A stretch of DNA of 64,000 nucleotides from Myxococcales bacterium (GTDB taxonomy: Bacteria; Myxococcota; Myxococcia; Myxococcales; UBA5297): the NCBI GenBank assembly GCA_049841135.1, contig JASGHK010000008.1, forward strand, positions 339,272-403,271, read 5' to 3'. Shown one piece after another: positions 33,638 through 46,796 of this stretch. The notes beneath the pieces were generated by a model. It had not been told where the DNA came from. It did no database searches and was given only the letters and a program-made list of their open reading frames with translations. The translations under genes were made by a program, and so were the position numbers. The stretch's first letter is position 1; every line of letters starts with the position of its first letter.

Positions 33638-35110
33638 ATGCCCTCCTCCCGCTTGCTGCTCGCCGCCCTCGCTGCGGTCTCCGCCGTCTCCGTCGCCGGC
33701 TGCGCCACGGTGCCGCTCTACCCGCCCCGCCCGCCGGCCGCTCCCGGCGCGCCCATGGCCGACCCCGCGCCGTCGAAGGCGGTCGTCCACCTGACCGTGA
33801 CCCCCGAAGGCCTCAACCAGGCCATCGACCTGGCGCTGCCGCTGGAGGGCTCCTCGACCTTCGAGCTGCGCGGGCCGCGCCCCTGGAAGTGGAGCCGCAC
33901 GCCCATCGCCTTCAAGTTCGCCGACGGGAAGATCCAGGCCGCGGCCACCGTCAACGTCAGCGCCGAGCTGCCGATCATCGGCACCCAGTCGCTCTCCATG
34001 GACCTCAAGCTCTCGGGCGAGCCGGTGCTGACGAGCGAGTACAAGGCCAAGCTGCAGTCGGTGCAGGTGGAGCTCTCGTCCAAGGACATGAAGGTCAAGG
34101 CCGCCGACGCGGTGACCAGCGCCCTCAAGAAGCTGCGCGACGAGTTCCAGACGACCATCGAGAACTACGCGTACGACCTCTCGCCGCGGGTGATGGAGTG
34201 GTACGCGCGGCTGGCGGTCCCCATCGAGCTGCCGCTGGGCGAGGCCAAGGGCTGCCTGGCGGTGAAGGTGACCGGCGTCGAGGCCGGGCCCTCGGTGACC
34301 GCCGGCGGCTGGGAGAAGGACCTGGCGTTCATCATCGCGCCCTCGGTGACCCTGCCCTGCAACCCACCGACGCTGCCGCCCAAGCCGGCGCCGCTGGCCA
34401 ACGTCGCGACGCTCCCCTCGGGCCCCTTCACCCTGGTCGCGCCCATCGCCGCCTCCTACGACGAGCTGCAGAAGGCGATGTCCCTGGCGTTCACCGACGG
34501 CAAGCTCTTCTTCACCAAGGACTTCCCGGAGCTGTACCTCGAGAAGCCGGAGATCTACGCCGCGAACAACGAGCTGGTGCTCAAGCTGCACCTGGGCGGC
34601 GTGGCCAAGGCCAAGGGCCTGGCGCTCGACCTCGAGGGCGACATCTTCTTCGCCGGCCACCCGGCGGTGATCGACAACGAGCTGCAGATCCCCGACCTGC
34701 AGCCGACCATCGAGACCTCGAGCTTCCTGCTCTCGCTCAAGGCCAAGCTCGACGGCGACTCCATCCGCGACCAGGCCCGCCGCGCGCTGCGCCTGGACCT
34801 GGGGGAGCGCCTGGCCTCGGTGCGCGGCAAGGTCTCCGGCGACTTCCAGTTCAACCCCGGCTGCCTGCGCAGCGACGTCTCGCGCATCGAGGTCACCGGC
34901 ATCTACCCGCACGGCTCGTACCTGCGCATCTACGTCGCCGCGACCGCCCAGGCCTCGGTGTACGTGCCCTGCCCCACGCTGCCCGCCGAGGCGCCCGAGC
35001 CGGCGCCGGCGCCGGCGCCAGTGCCGACGACCATCCAGGCGCCGCCTCCCGAACCCGGCGCCCAGCCTGCCGCCGCTCCGGCGCCCGCAGCCCCGGCGGA
35101 GAAGCCGTGA
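33638..35110 (+). CDS. lipoprotein, hypothetical (DUF4403-like)
   Basis: MPSSRLLLAALAAVSAVSVAGC lipobox. About 490 aa, beta-rich, with a Pro/Ala-rich C-terminal tail. Family assignment is tentative. Confidence 0.45.
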   Translation: MPSSRLLLAALAAVSAVSVAGCATVPLYPPRPPAAPGAPMADPAPSKAVVHLTVTPEGLNQAIDLALPLEGSSTFELRGPRPWKWSRTPIAFKFADGKIQAAATVNVSAELPIIGTQSLSMDLKLSGEPVLTSEYKAKLQSVQVELSSKDMKVKAADAVTSALKKLRDEFQTTIENYAYDLSPRVMEWYARLAVPIELPLGEAKGCLAVKVTGVEAGPSVTAGGWEKDLAFIIAPSVTLPCNPPTLPPKPAPLANVATLPSGPFTLVAPIAASYDELQKAMSLAFTDGKLFFTKDFPELYLEKPEIYAANNELVLKLHLGGVAKAKGLALDLEGDIFFAGHPAVIDNELQIPDLQPTIETSSFLLSLKAKLDGDSIRDQARRALRLDLGERLASVRGKVSGDFQFNPGCLRSDVSRIEVTGIYPHGSYLRIYVAATAQASVYVPCPTLPAEAPEPAPAPAPVPTTIQAPPPEPGAQPAAAPAPAAPAEKP

Positions 35111-35469
35111 TCCCGGTCGTCAACCTGCGCCAGAAGCTCGCCGGCTTCGGCGAGCACTGGCAGCCGCGCATCGTCGGCGAGCTGAACGGCCAGCACGTCA
35201 AGGTGGCCAAGCTCCTGGGCGAGTTCGTCTGGCACCACCACGAGAACGAGGACGAGCTGTTCCTGGTGCTCCATGGGACGCTCCTCCTCGAGTTTCGGGA
35301 CCGGACGCTGACCCTGGGCGAAGGCGAGGCCTCTGCGTCGTCCCGCGCGGCGTCGAGCACCGGCCGGTGGCGCGCGAGGAAGTCCACGTGCTGCTCTTCG
35401 AGCCGGCCGCGACGCTCAACACCGGAAACGTGGTCAACGAGCGGACCTACGTCGCGACCCGCGGCTGAG
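35107..35469 (+). pseudogene. cupin-domain protein, frameshifted in this sequence (about 35332)
   Basis: GTG start overlapping the upstream stop (GTGA). Frame 1 reads VIPVVNLRQKLAGFGEHWQPRIVGELNGQHVKVAKLLGEFVWHHHENEDELFLVLHGTLLLEFRDRTLTLGEGEA. Frame 3 reads CVVPRGVEHRPVAREEVHVLLFEPAATLNTGNVVNERTYVATRG*. A 1-nt deletion (gcc tTc tgc) would restore a standard cupin. Confidence 0.55.
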
Positions 35470-35490
35470 CGGCACACCCGCTCGCTCCGC

Positions 35491-36595
35491 TCAGCCGACC
35501 GTCTCCCGGAGCGCACGCCGCAGCTCGTCCACCGTCGCGAAGACCTCGACGACCCCCTTGAGGCCCGCCAACAGCTCGAGCAGCTCTTCGGCCTCCTCGT
35601 GCGCGGCCAGCGCCTCGTCGCCACGTTCCCCGAGCAGCGCCGACAGGCCGCGCGAGACGGCCGCCTCGTCCTGCAGCTCGATCAGCGACTGGCCCTTGAG
35701 CCACTCCAGGACCGCGCGGGCCCACGCGAGGTCCTCGTCCCCCTCCTGCAGCGCGGGCGTGTCGGACTCGGGCGTGGGCACCGCGAGGCTCGTCCCCTCC
35801 AGTCCTCGGGGGACGCTCCCCAGCTCGCGCAGGGCGCCGCGCCGCCCCAGCGATGCGAGCTGAGCCAACCGCGGCTCACAGGCCTCGACCACGGGGAGCG
35901 CTCCCAGCTCGCCCGTCTGCGCGAACGCCGCCAGCACCGACGCCACCGGCGCCCACGCGAGCCACTGTCCCTTGCGGACCTTGAAGCGGTCGCCGTCCAC
36001 GTCCTGGGCCTCGAGCTTCGCGCTCCGGCGCGCCGCCGGCCGTCCCGGCGTCGGTGCAGGCGCAGGTGCCGTCGGGGAAGGCGACGAGCAGCGCGCAGCG
36101 GTCGCCGTGGACCACGACGCGCGCCAGGTCGTCCATCCGCGACCAGAGCCGGAAGCTCTGCGGCGTCTCGGCTCCCTGCGCGCGCAGCGCCTCGAGCGCA
36201 CAGGCCAGCTCCTCGCGGTCGCCGGCCGCCATCGCCTCGCGGTTGGTCCGCCCCCAGACGAGGAGCCCTTCGCCACTGGGCCAGCGCTGCGCCTTGCGCT
36301 CCACCTTCTCGATTCGAGGCGTGAGCAGCCGCTTGGCGCCGCTGGCCAGCGCGCGAAGCTCGGCCTCGTCGAGCAGCAGGATCCACCGCTCGCCTCGGCC
36401 CTCGGGGAAGTAGACGAGCCGGAAGCGCCCGCCGCCCTGCGGCACCCAGCCGCCGTAGCCGCACCCCGACTGGAACGCGTCCTCCGCGCCGAACGCCCGC
36501 GCCCGCGCCTCCGGCGGCACCAATCCGATCGCCGCGAGGACCTCGGCGAAGAACCCGCGCAGGTCTTCCGGCGCCTGGAAGACCCACTCCGTCAT
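35491..36595 (-). pseudogene. hypothetical protein (about 367 aa), frameshifted in this sequence (about 36016)
   Basis: N-terminal 200 aa (MTEWVFQAPEDL...VVVHGDRCALLVAFPDG) is in the frame of ORF 35876..36709. The C-terminal 160 aa (LEAQDVDGDRFKVRKGQWLAWAP...RRALRETVG) is in the frame of ORF 35491..36276. Each frame turns to Arg/Gly junk beyond the junction. An extra base lies in cgcgaaGctcgag. Confidence 0.4.
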
Positions 36596-37011
36596 CGCTT
36601 CCCCCGGCGCGGACGCGCCTCCACGCGGGTGCCTGTCTTGGGCTCTCGCGCGTCGAGGCTGGCGACGAGCCGCCGCGGCGCGACGCTGCGGTAGCTCTCG
36701 TCCATCCACGCGAGGAGCATCTTCACCGGCGGCTCGGAGGTCCTCGCGAACGTGCCGGTGACCCAGCCGGAGCGTCCCAGGTTGTAGCCGGTGGGCTCGA
36801 CGCTGGGCAGCATCAGCGCGATGCCGCTCGTCTGCGGCAGCTTCGCCGTGACGTACAGCGCCTCGGCGTCCAACTCGAGGAAGCAGAAGATCTTCCCGCG
36901 GACCTTCATCACCGGCTCGCCCCAGGGGAAGTCCTCGACCGCCTCGGGGTAGGAGAGCGCCGTCTTGCGCAGGTCGCGGTAGGCCTTGCCTGCGGGGCTC
37001 GTCTTCGCCAT
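36592..37011 (-). CDS. MmcQ/YjbR-family protein
   Basis: MAKTSPAGKAYRDLRKTALSYPEAVEDFPWGEPVMKVRGKIFCFL...YVTAKLP...GWVTGTF pattern. The stop overlaps the downstream gene's ATG (ATGA). Confidence 0.55.
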   Translation of the reverse strand: MAKTSPAGKAYRDLRKTALSYPEAVEDFPWGEPVMKVRGKIFCFLELDAEALYVTAKLPQTSGIALMLPSVEPTGYNLGRSGWVTGTFARTSEPPVKMLLAWMDESYRSVAPRRLVASLDAREPKTGTRVEARPRRGKR

Positions 37012-37288
37012 CGCCGTTCCACCTAATCGGGGAATCCGTCGTTCAAAGGGATGGCGGCACGGACGCCGCGCCGCCTTCCCTTCCCACCCAGAACCGGCAA
37101 GAAGCCGGGCCAAGGTTAGCGACCTCGGCTCGCCTGCGCTGCTCAGCCTTCAAATGGCGACGGCGCCCCGTTCGGAGGCTGGAGACGTGCCCCTTTGCGC
37201 TCTCGTCCGCTTCGCGCGAGCCGAGGCCCGGAGACCGTCCACCGTCTCAGCGAGCGGGACGCAGCGAGTCGGCCAGCGCGCCGCGGAC

Positions 37289-37558
37289 CTAGGCCCCGCT
37301 GAGCACCTTGTCGATATAGCACCAGCGCCAGCCCTCCCCGGGCTCGAGCGACTGCATCACCGGGTGGCGGGTCGACAGGTAGTGCCTGCTCGCGTGGCGG
37401 TTCTTCGACGAGTCGCAGCAGCCGACGTGGCCGCACGCCTCGCACTCGCGCAGGTGGACCCACGTGTCGCCCTGGACCAGGCACTCCTCGCAGCCCTGGC
37501 TCTTGGGCGCAACCGCGTGGCTCTGCCTCAGGTGGGCGCAGGCTTGGACGGCGGGCAT
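37289..37558 (-). CDS. UBP-type zinc-finger domain protein
   Basis: HLRECEACGHVGCCDSSKNRHASRHYLSTRHPVMQSLEPGEGWRWCYID matches the zf-UBP Cys/His pattern. Confidence 0.6.
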   Translation of the reverse strand: MPAVQACAHLRQSHAVAPKSQGCEECLVQGDTWVHLRECEACGHVGCCDSSKNRHASRHYLSTRHPVMQSLEPGEGWRWCYIDKVLSGA

Positions 37559-37855
37559 GGCGCTTCCTCCGATGGGCAAAGCTAGGCAGCGCGAGGGCTC
37601 GCGGCGACCGGAGAAATCCAGGTCGGAGAGCTGAGGAGGAAGGGCGTTTTGACGACGATAGTATCCCGCAATCGTTGAACTTTTGGGAGCTTGTTTCTTC
37701 GGGTCCCCGGGCGCTCAATGCGCGGCGTGCGCCCCGCCCTCCCGCCAGCCCTCCCGCCCCGCGACGAGCCTCCTCCCCAGGTTGCCGAGCAGCTGCGCCT
37801 GGGGGCACTGGCCCGGCCGCTCCTTCCCGTCCGCCCGATCCCGTACTTCGGGCAC

Positions 37856-39728
37856 ATGCGCCTCGCGACCGCCTCGGGCGAGCTCGACGTGCTGCTCGCC
37901 AGCGAGACGCGAACGAAGCAGGGCCTCGCCATCATCGACTGGCAGCGCTCTCCGCTGGCGGAGGCCTTCTTCTCGGGAACGGTGGGCGAGCCCTACGAGA
38001 TCCAGGACGGCGCCCGCACGCTGGAAGGCACCCTGCTGTCGCGGTCGCTGGTGCGGTTCGAGGCGGGCGTGCTGGCGGGTGTGCGCGGCGCGGGGTTCGA
38101 GCTGCGAAGGCTCGAGTCCGGCCTCTGGGAGCAGGCGGCGACGGCGGGACGAGCGTCAGCCTCCCCCGGCCCGGCCGGCCGCTCCAGGCTGCGGCCACGC
38201 CCCCGCGGCCAGCGCGAGCGGCAGGGACCCTCGGTCGACTTCGCGCTCGACGAGGCGCAGACCCGCGCGGTCGAGACGCCGGCCGGACAGGCGACGCTCG
38301 TCCTGGGCGAGGCCGGCTGCGGCAAGACGACGGTCGCGCTTCACCGTCTGGTCCGGCTGCGCAGAGCGGCGACCAAGCGGTTCAAGGCCTGCGTCATCGT
38401 GCCCACCGACGGGCTGCGCCGGCTGACCGAGCTGCTCCTGGCGCGCCTCGGCGTCCACGACGTCGAGGTCTGGCTCTACGAGCGGTGGGCGGGGTTCCAG
38501 GCGCGGCGGGTCTTCCCCGACGTGCCGCGCCGCGAGGGGCAGGACGCCTCGGCGGCGACGATGCGCCTCAAGCGCCACCCGGCGGTGCGCGGCGAGCTTC
38601 GAGGCGCTCGCGGCGAAGCCCGCGGCGGTCCCCGAAGAGGAGGACGAGCCGACCATCCCGACCCGCGCGCACGCGCGCCGGCACGACCTGCAGCGCCTGT
38701 TCGGCGACCGCGCGATCCTCGAGCGGGTGGCGAAGGCGGCGGGCCTGCCGGCGGCCGCGGTGTCCGAGACGTTCGAGCACACCCGCGTGCAGTTCAGCCC
38801 GACCGCCGAGGACGAGTTCGCGCACGTCGACGCGGCCCGGCTGGCGACGCTCGACGGCCGCACCCTCGACGACGGCACGCCCATGGAGGATGCGGCCACC
38901 ATCGACGCCGAGGACTTCGCGGTCCTCTTCGAGCTCGACCGGCTGCGCGCGGGGCTCGTCGGCGCCCGGCCCAGCGAGCCCACCTCCTTCGACTGCGTCG
39001 TGCTCGACGAGGCGCAGGAGTTCTCGGCGCTGGAGCTGCGGCTCATCGGGCGCAGCCTCGCGCCGGGCGGGACGCTCATCGTCGCCGGAGACGCCGACCA
39101 GCAGGTCGATCCCACCGCGTGCTTCGAGGGCTGGGGCACCGCCATGGCGGAGCTTGGCGCGCCGAGCTACCAGACCGCGACGCTGGAGGTGAGCTACCGC
39201 TGCCCGCCGCAGGTGACCGAGTTGGCCCGCCGCGTCCTCGACGGCAAGCCGATGAAGCTCCCCAAGCCCTCTCCACGCTCGCCAGTGGCGATCGAACGCT
39301 TCGACCACGACTTCTACCGGGTCGCCTGGCTCATCGAGGCGCTTCAGGATCTGCAGGAGCGCGACCGCTGCGCGGCGGTGGCCGTCATCGCTCGCTCGGC
39401 CGAGGAGGCACGGCGCCTCTTCCCGTTGCTGCGCCGCGGTGTCCTCGCGCGGCTGGCGCTGGATGGCCAGTTCACCTTCCTGGCTGGAGTGAACGTGACC
39501 TGCGTCCCGGAGGTGAAGGGCCTGGAGTTCGACGTGGTGATCCTCCCCGACGCGACCTTGGAGGCCTATCCCGACCTCCCGGCAGCACGGCGCGCCCTGT
39601 ACGTGGCGGTGACCCGGCCGACCGGCCAACTCGTGTTGTCGACCGTGGGCGGCTGGTCGCCCCTCCTCCCCATGCAAAAAACGCCTGAGATTCCGAGCAG
39701 TTGCGAACCACAATCTTCAACCACTTGA
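37856..39728 (+). pseudogene. UvrD/HelD-like superfamily-1 helicase, frameshifted in this sequence (about 38598)
   Basis: Walker A ATLVLGEAGCGKTTVALHRL sits in frame 2. Frame 3 continues EALAAKPAAVPEEEDEPTIP...DCVVLDEAQEFSALELRLIG...LIVAGDADQQV...VEVSYRCPPQV...VTRPTGQLVL, the helicase motifs II through VI. An extra T lies in gagctTcgag. Start taken at MRLATASGELDVLL (atg 37856). Confidence 0.55.
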
Positions 39729-39744
39729 AATCACTGATGTTTGA

Positions 39745-39795
39745 GTTCAGGGGCCCAAGTTAAGGTGCCTTAACTCCAGGGGTCTTGGGCCGCGG
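39745..39795. other. GC-rich stem-loop with internal palindrome just downstream of the helicase gene
   Basis: ggcccaag ttaaggtgccttaactccaggggt cttgggcc forms an 8-bp stem. The loop contains the TTAAGG..CCTTAA palindrome. Confidence 0.3.
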
Positions 39796-40098
39796 TGCTG
39801 GCCGTCGGGGACCGGGTTTTCGGGCCGAACTCGGCCAGGAAGGCACCTGGCAGGCCGCTGGAGAGGAGTCGTGCGGCCAGGCCTATTTCAATAGGACTCA
39901 CCCCGCGAGCAGCGGTCCTGGGCCCAATCTGGGGCTTCCAGAGGCTTTCCCGAGGCCCCAAAACGGCAATGCAAATGCTTGTATTTACTTGGCTTTAAGG
40001 CACCGGCTTTCGGGTGAGCACCGACCGTCCCCTCGTCGCTGCCAGGTCGCCAGGAATGCGAGCCCTCCCTACCCTTGTTGCCAATGTGGGAGGTGGGT

Positions 40099-40920
40099 AT
40101 GGACACGCAGCAAGAGCAGCCGATGGACCCAATGAACGACCCCAGTGAATCGCGCCCCTCGCGTTGGCCGTGGTTGATCGTCGCAGTCCTCATCGCCGGT
40201 GGCGGTGGCCTGTTCGGATACCGCGCCTGGCGAGGCCTGCAGGTGGAGCCCGTCGCAACGCCGTCTCCAGTGGCCGTCGCCGAGGAGCCGAAGCTGCCCG
40301 AGCCACCTGCGCTGCCGCCCGTCGCCCAGGCTGATGGGATGGTTCGCGAGAAGCTGGGGAGCGCGTCGAGCGCGAGCCTGTGGTCGAAGTGGCTGGAGAA
40401 CGAGGACCTCGCCCGGCGATTCGCCTCGGCGGTCAGCGCGGTCGCGGACGGCGAGAGCCCGCGGATGATGCTGGGCTTCCTGGCGCCGCAGGGCTCCTTC
40501 AAGGTCATCACCGACAAGAAGGGCGCGAGCGTCATCGACCCGGCCAGCTACCAGCGCTACGACACCGTCGCCGAGACGTTCGCGTCGCTCGATACGGCGA
40601 TCGCCGCCAAGGCCTACCGTGCCCTCTCTCCCATCTTCGAGGCCGCCTACCGTGAGATAGGCAGGCCCTCGACGACCCTCGAGCAACGTCTGGGACTCGC
40701 CTTCACCCGCCTCCTCTCGACGCCGATCGCGGAGGGCCCCGTGAAAGTGGTCTCGCCCAAGGTCGTCTGGCTCTACGCCGATCCCCAGCTCGAAGCGCTC
40801 TCCTCCGCCAGCAAGCACCTGCTGCGGATGGGGCCGCGCAACCAGAAGCTCGTCCAGGCCAAGGTGCTGGAGCTCCAGAAAGCGCTCGAGCTCCCGGAGG
40901 TGGCTTCGGCTGCGCACTGA
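40099..40920 (+). CDS. membrane-anchored hypothetical protein (DUF3014-like)
   Basis: RBS gggaggtgggt, then MDTQQEQ. One TM helix (WPWLIVAVLIAGGGGLF) followed by a Pro-rich linker and a soluble domain. Confidence 0.45.
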   Translation: MDTQQEQPMDPMNDPSESRPSRWPWLIVAVLIAGGGGLFGYRAWRGLQVEPVATPSPVAVAEEPKLPEPPALPPVAQADGMVREKLGSASSASLWSKWLENEDLARRFASAVSAVADGESPRMMLGFLAPQGSFKVITDKKGASVIDPASYQRYDTVAETFASLDTAIAAKAYRALSPIFEAAYREIGRPSTTLEQRLGLAFTRLLSTPIAEGPVKVVSPKVVWLYADPQLEALSSASKHLLRMGPRNQKLVQAKVLELQKALELPEVASAAH

Positions 40921-40989
40921 GGCACTTCGCTCCCTCCCGACGCTCTTGGGCTATGACCTCCTGGTCCCCTTTCGCTTCCAGGAGGTCGC

Positions 40990-41265
40990 ATGAAGGCTCA
41001 AATCACCACCGTCGCCCTCGCAGCTCTCCTCGGTCTGGCTGGCGGCTTGCTGCTGCAGACCGGGCGTGCCGACGCCCAGGCAGCGACCGGCCCCCGCGCC
41101 TACACGGAGTGCTTCGCGGCGACGCTCTACGACATGCGCGGCAAGGACCTCAACGAAGGAGCCGCGCCCAGCAAGACCGTCAAGATTCCTCCTGGCTGGA
41201 CGCCCATCGGCGGCGGCGGCGGCCTTCGCGGAGATACGACGCCCACCGTCGTCCTCTGCCGCTAA
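40990..41265 (+). CDS. small secreted hypothetical protein
   Basis: RBS caggagg, then a signal peptide MKAQITTVALAALLGLAGGLLLQTGRADAQA. 91 aa. Confidence 0.4.
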   Translation: MKAQITTVALAALLGLAGGLLLQTGRADAQAATGPRAYTECFAATLYDMRGKDLNEGAAPSKTVKIPPGWTPIGGGGGLRGDTTPTVVLCR

Positions 41266-41356
41266 TCCCAACGCTGCACGCTGCGTGACTTGGCCCCCAC
41301 TCGCGTCGGTGGGATGCTCTCGGACTTCTGTTGACCGCCCGACCCGGAGGGAAGCG

Positions 41357-42091
41357 ATGACCATCACCAAGTCCCTGTCGAACATCCGCAGCCTGACCAC
41401 CGCCGAGCGCTCCGCGCTCAAGAAGATCGGAATCAAGGACACCGCCTCGCTCCTCGATGCCGCCAAGGGCGGTGAGAAGGCGCTCGCCACCAAGGCCGGC
41501 ATCAGCACCGACTCGGTGCGCGAAGCCGTCAACCGCGCCGACCTGCTGCAGGTCAAGGGCCTGTCGGCCAAGAGCGCCGACCTCTTCGAGAACGCCGGCG
41601 TCAACTCCGCCAAGGAGCTCGCGCACCGCAACGCCGACTCGCTGCGCAAGGTCCTGGAGAAGTTCGCCGAGGACCACCCGGCCCTCGACATCCACCTGCC
41701 GTCGCCCAAGACCATCGGCTCGCTCATCGAGAAGGCCAAGTCGCTCGAGGTCGTGACCCCGCCCAGCACCACGCCCGTCGACGAGGCCAAGGCGCGCGAG
41801 CTGGCAGGCGCGGCGCTGCACAAGCACATCGACGAGGTGCTCTTCTCGACCGATCCCGCGGGCAAGAGCTTCCGCGACGCCATCCTCGGCTGGCGGCCCC
41901 AGGCGGAGTGGCCCAAGGTCCAGCAGCAGATGCACGACGACGTCGCCAACTTCGTGAAGACCGCGGAGCTCTCGACCGACGAGAACGTGCCCGGCAGCTT
42001 CTGGTTCTCGGGGCGCCTCTTCCAGCTCTACTCCGAGGTGAAGCTGGACAAGACGGGCAAGGCGCTCAACACCTACGTCGAGATCGACTGA
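41357..42091 (+). CDS. DUF4332-like (helix-hairpin-helix-type) protein
   Basis: RBS ggaggg, then MTITKSLSNIRSL...LKKIGIKDTASLLDAAKG...KGLSAKSADLFENAGVNSAKELA, which are HhH-like repeats. Confidence 0.5.
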   Translation: MTITKSLSNIRSLTTAERSALKKIGIKDTASLLDAAKGGEKALATKAGISTDSVREAVNRADLLQVKGLSAKSADLFENAGVNSAKELAHRNADSLRKVLEKFAEDHPALDIHLPSPKTIGSLIEKAKSLEVVTPPSTTPVDEAKARELAGAALHKHIDEVLFSTDPAGKSFRDAILGWRPQAEWPKVQQQMHDDVANFVKTAELSTDENVPGSFWFSGRLFQLYSEVKLDKTGKALNTYVEID

Positions 42092-42163
42092 GCCGGACGG
42101 CCGATCGCCGGCGAGCATCGACCGGGCCTCGGAGCACGCACGTGCTCCGGGGCCTTCGTCTTC

Positions 42164-42391
42164 TCAGCGGTGGTCAGGCGGCACGCCGGTGGGGAGCTTG
42201 CCGTCCTCGGTGCGGGACGGAGCGCACTGGCACACGCGGCAGCCGCGCTCCGCGTCCATGGAGCACTCCGGCGCCGTCGCGCAGCGCAGGTCCCGGTACT
42301 CCGGGCAGACGGTCTTGTCGGACTTCAGGGTCGCGCACCCCGAAAGGCCGGCGGACATCAGCAGCGGCAACGTCGCGGCGATCGTTCTCAT
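42164..42391 (-). CDS. small Cys-rich lipoprotein (paralogue 1)
   Basis: MRTIAATLPLLMSAGLSGCATLKSDKTVCPEYRDLRCATAPECSMDAERGCRVCQCA is a lipobox followed by 6 Cys in a C..EYR.LRCA.APECSMDA.RGC.VCQC pattern. Confidence 0.5.
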   Translation of the reverse strand: MRTIAATLPLLMSAGLSGCATLKSDKTVCPEYRDLRCATAPECSMDAERGCRVCQCAPSRTEDGKLPTGVPPDHR

Positions 42392-42400
42392 GGTTCCTCG

Positions 42401-42622
42401 TCAGAATCCGGGCGGGATGCCGCGGGGCAGCCCGCCTTCTCCGCCGCGCATGCCGTTCAGGCACTGGCAGACCTGGCAGCCGCGGGTCGCGTCCATCGAG
42501 CATTCCGGCGCACCCGCGCAGCGCAGCTCCCGGTACTCGGAGCAGACCGACTGGCTCGACTTGAGGGCCGCGCATCCGGCGAGCCCGACCACCAGCGCCA
42601 GCAGAGCCACGATTCGCCACAC
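42401..42622 (-). CDS. small Cys-rich lipoprotein (paralogue 2)
   Basis: MWRIVALLALVVGLAGCAALKSSQSVCSEYRELRCAGAPECSMDATRGCQVCQCL has the same cysteine framework as its neighbour, in tandem on the same strand. Confidence 0.5.
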   Translation of the reverse strand: MWRIVALLALVVGLAGCAALKSSQSVCSEYRELRCAGAPECSMDATRGCQVCQCLNGMRGGEGGLPRGIPPGF

Positions 42623-42641
42623 GGAGCCTCCTCGAACCGCT

Positions 42642-43016
42642 TCAGCCCATCGAGATCTTCTTCACGCCCCGGCCCTCGAGCCAGGCCTTCACGCGGTCGC
42701 GCTGGTCGCCCTGGACCACCAGGGCCCCGTCCTCCACGGCTCCGCCGCAGCCCAGCGACTGCTCGAGCTCCTTGCCCCACTTCTCCAGCTCGGCGGGCTT
42801 GAGCTCCAGCTTCTCCACCACCGTCACTTCCTTGCCACCTCGGCCCTTGCGCTCCATCCGCACCACGGCGCGGGCTGGCGGCTCCTTTACGCCCGGTGCC
42901 GGCTTCGATTGCGGCGCCTGCCCCGGCGGCAGTCCGGCCTTCTTGTCCGCGAGCGCGGCAAAGGGGTTGTGGCTCAGGGCTGGACCGGGCTCGGTGGTGT
43001 CGATCTTCTTGCTCAA
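42642..43016 (-). CDS. yciH: translation initiation factor SUI1/eIF1 family (YciH)
   Basis: VRMERKGRGGKEVTVVEKL...LKQ/EQSLGCGGAVEDGALVVQGDQRDRV matches SUI1. Confidence 0.8.
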   Translation of the reverse strand: MSKKIDTTEPGPALSHNPFAALADKKAGLPPGQAPQSKPAPGVKEPPARAVVRMERKGRGGKEVTVVEKLELKPAELEKWGKELEQSLGCGGAVEDGALVVQGDQRDRVKAWLEGRGVKKISMG

Positions 43017-43320
43017 GGGGCCTCCATGTCGGCTCGGGCGTCAATCTAGCCCGCCTGCGGTCAAACCGTCGCCTCCGAGGTCCTGCCCTGGCTCGGGCCG
43101 GGCGCGGCGTCGGAGATCGCCTGCCGCGCCGCGGCCTTGCGGGCCGCGCTGACGACGCCGCGCGTGAGCCCCGCTGCCCCGTCCCATCCCTTCGGCGGGG
43201 CGCCGTAACACCCCCGAAATCCTTCCTGGCCCAAAGCTTGGCCCTTTGGTCGAAATCAGGGGAGAATCACGGGCGGAATTCGCCTTGTGTTCGTGAGCGC
43301 CCAGGGAAAGGGAACGAGCG

Positions 43321-46725
<3,405 letters not shown>

Positions 46726-46796
46726 CCGTGACCCTTTCTGAACCTCGAACCTTTTGTCGGGTGGTGCCGGCCGGGAAGGTTTTGCGGAGGATGCCC

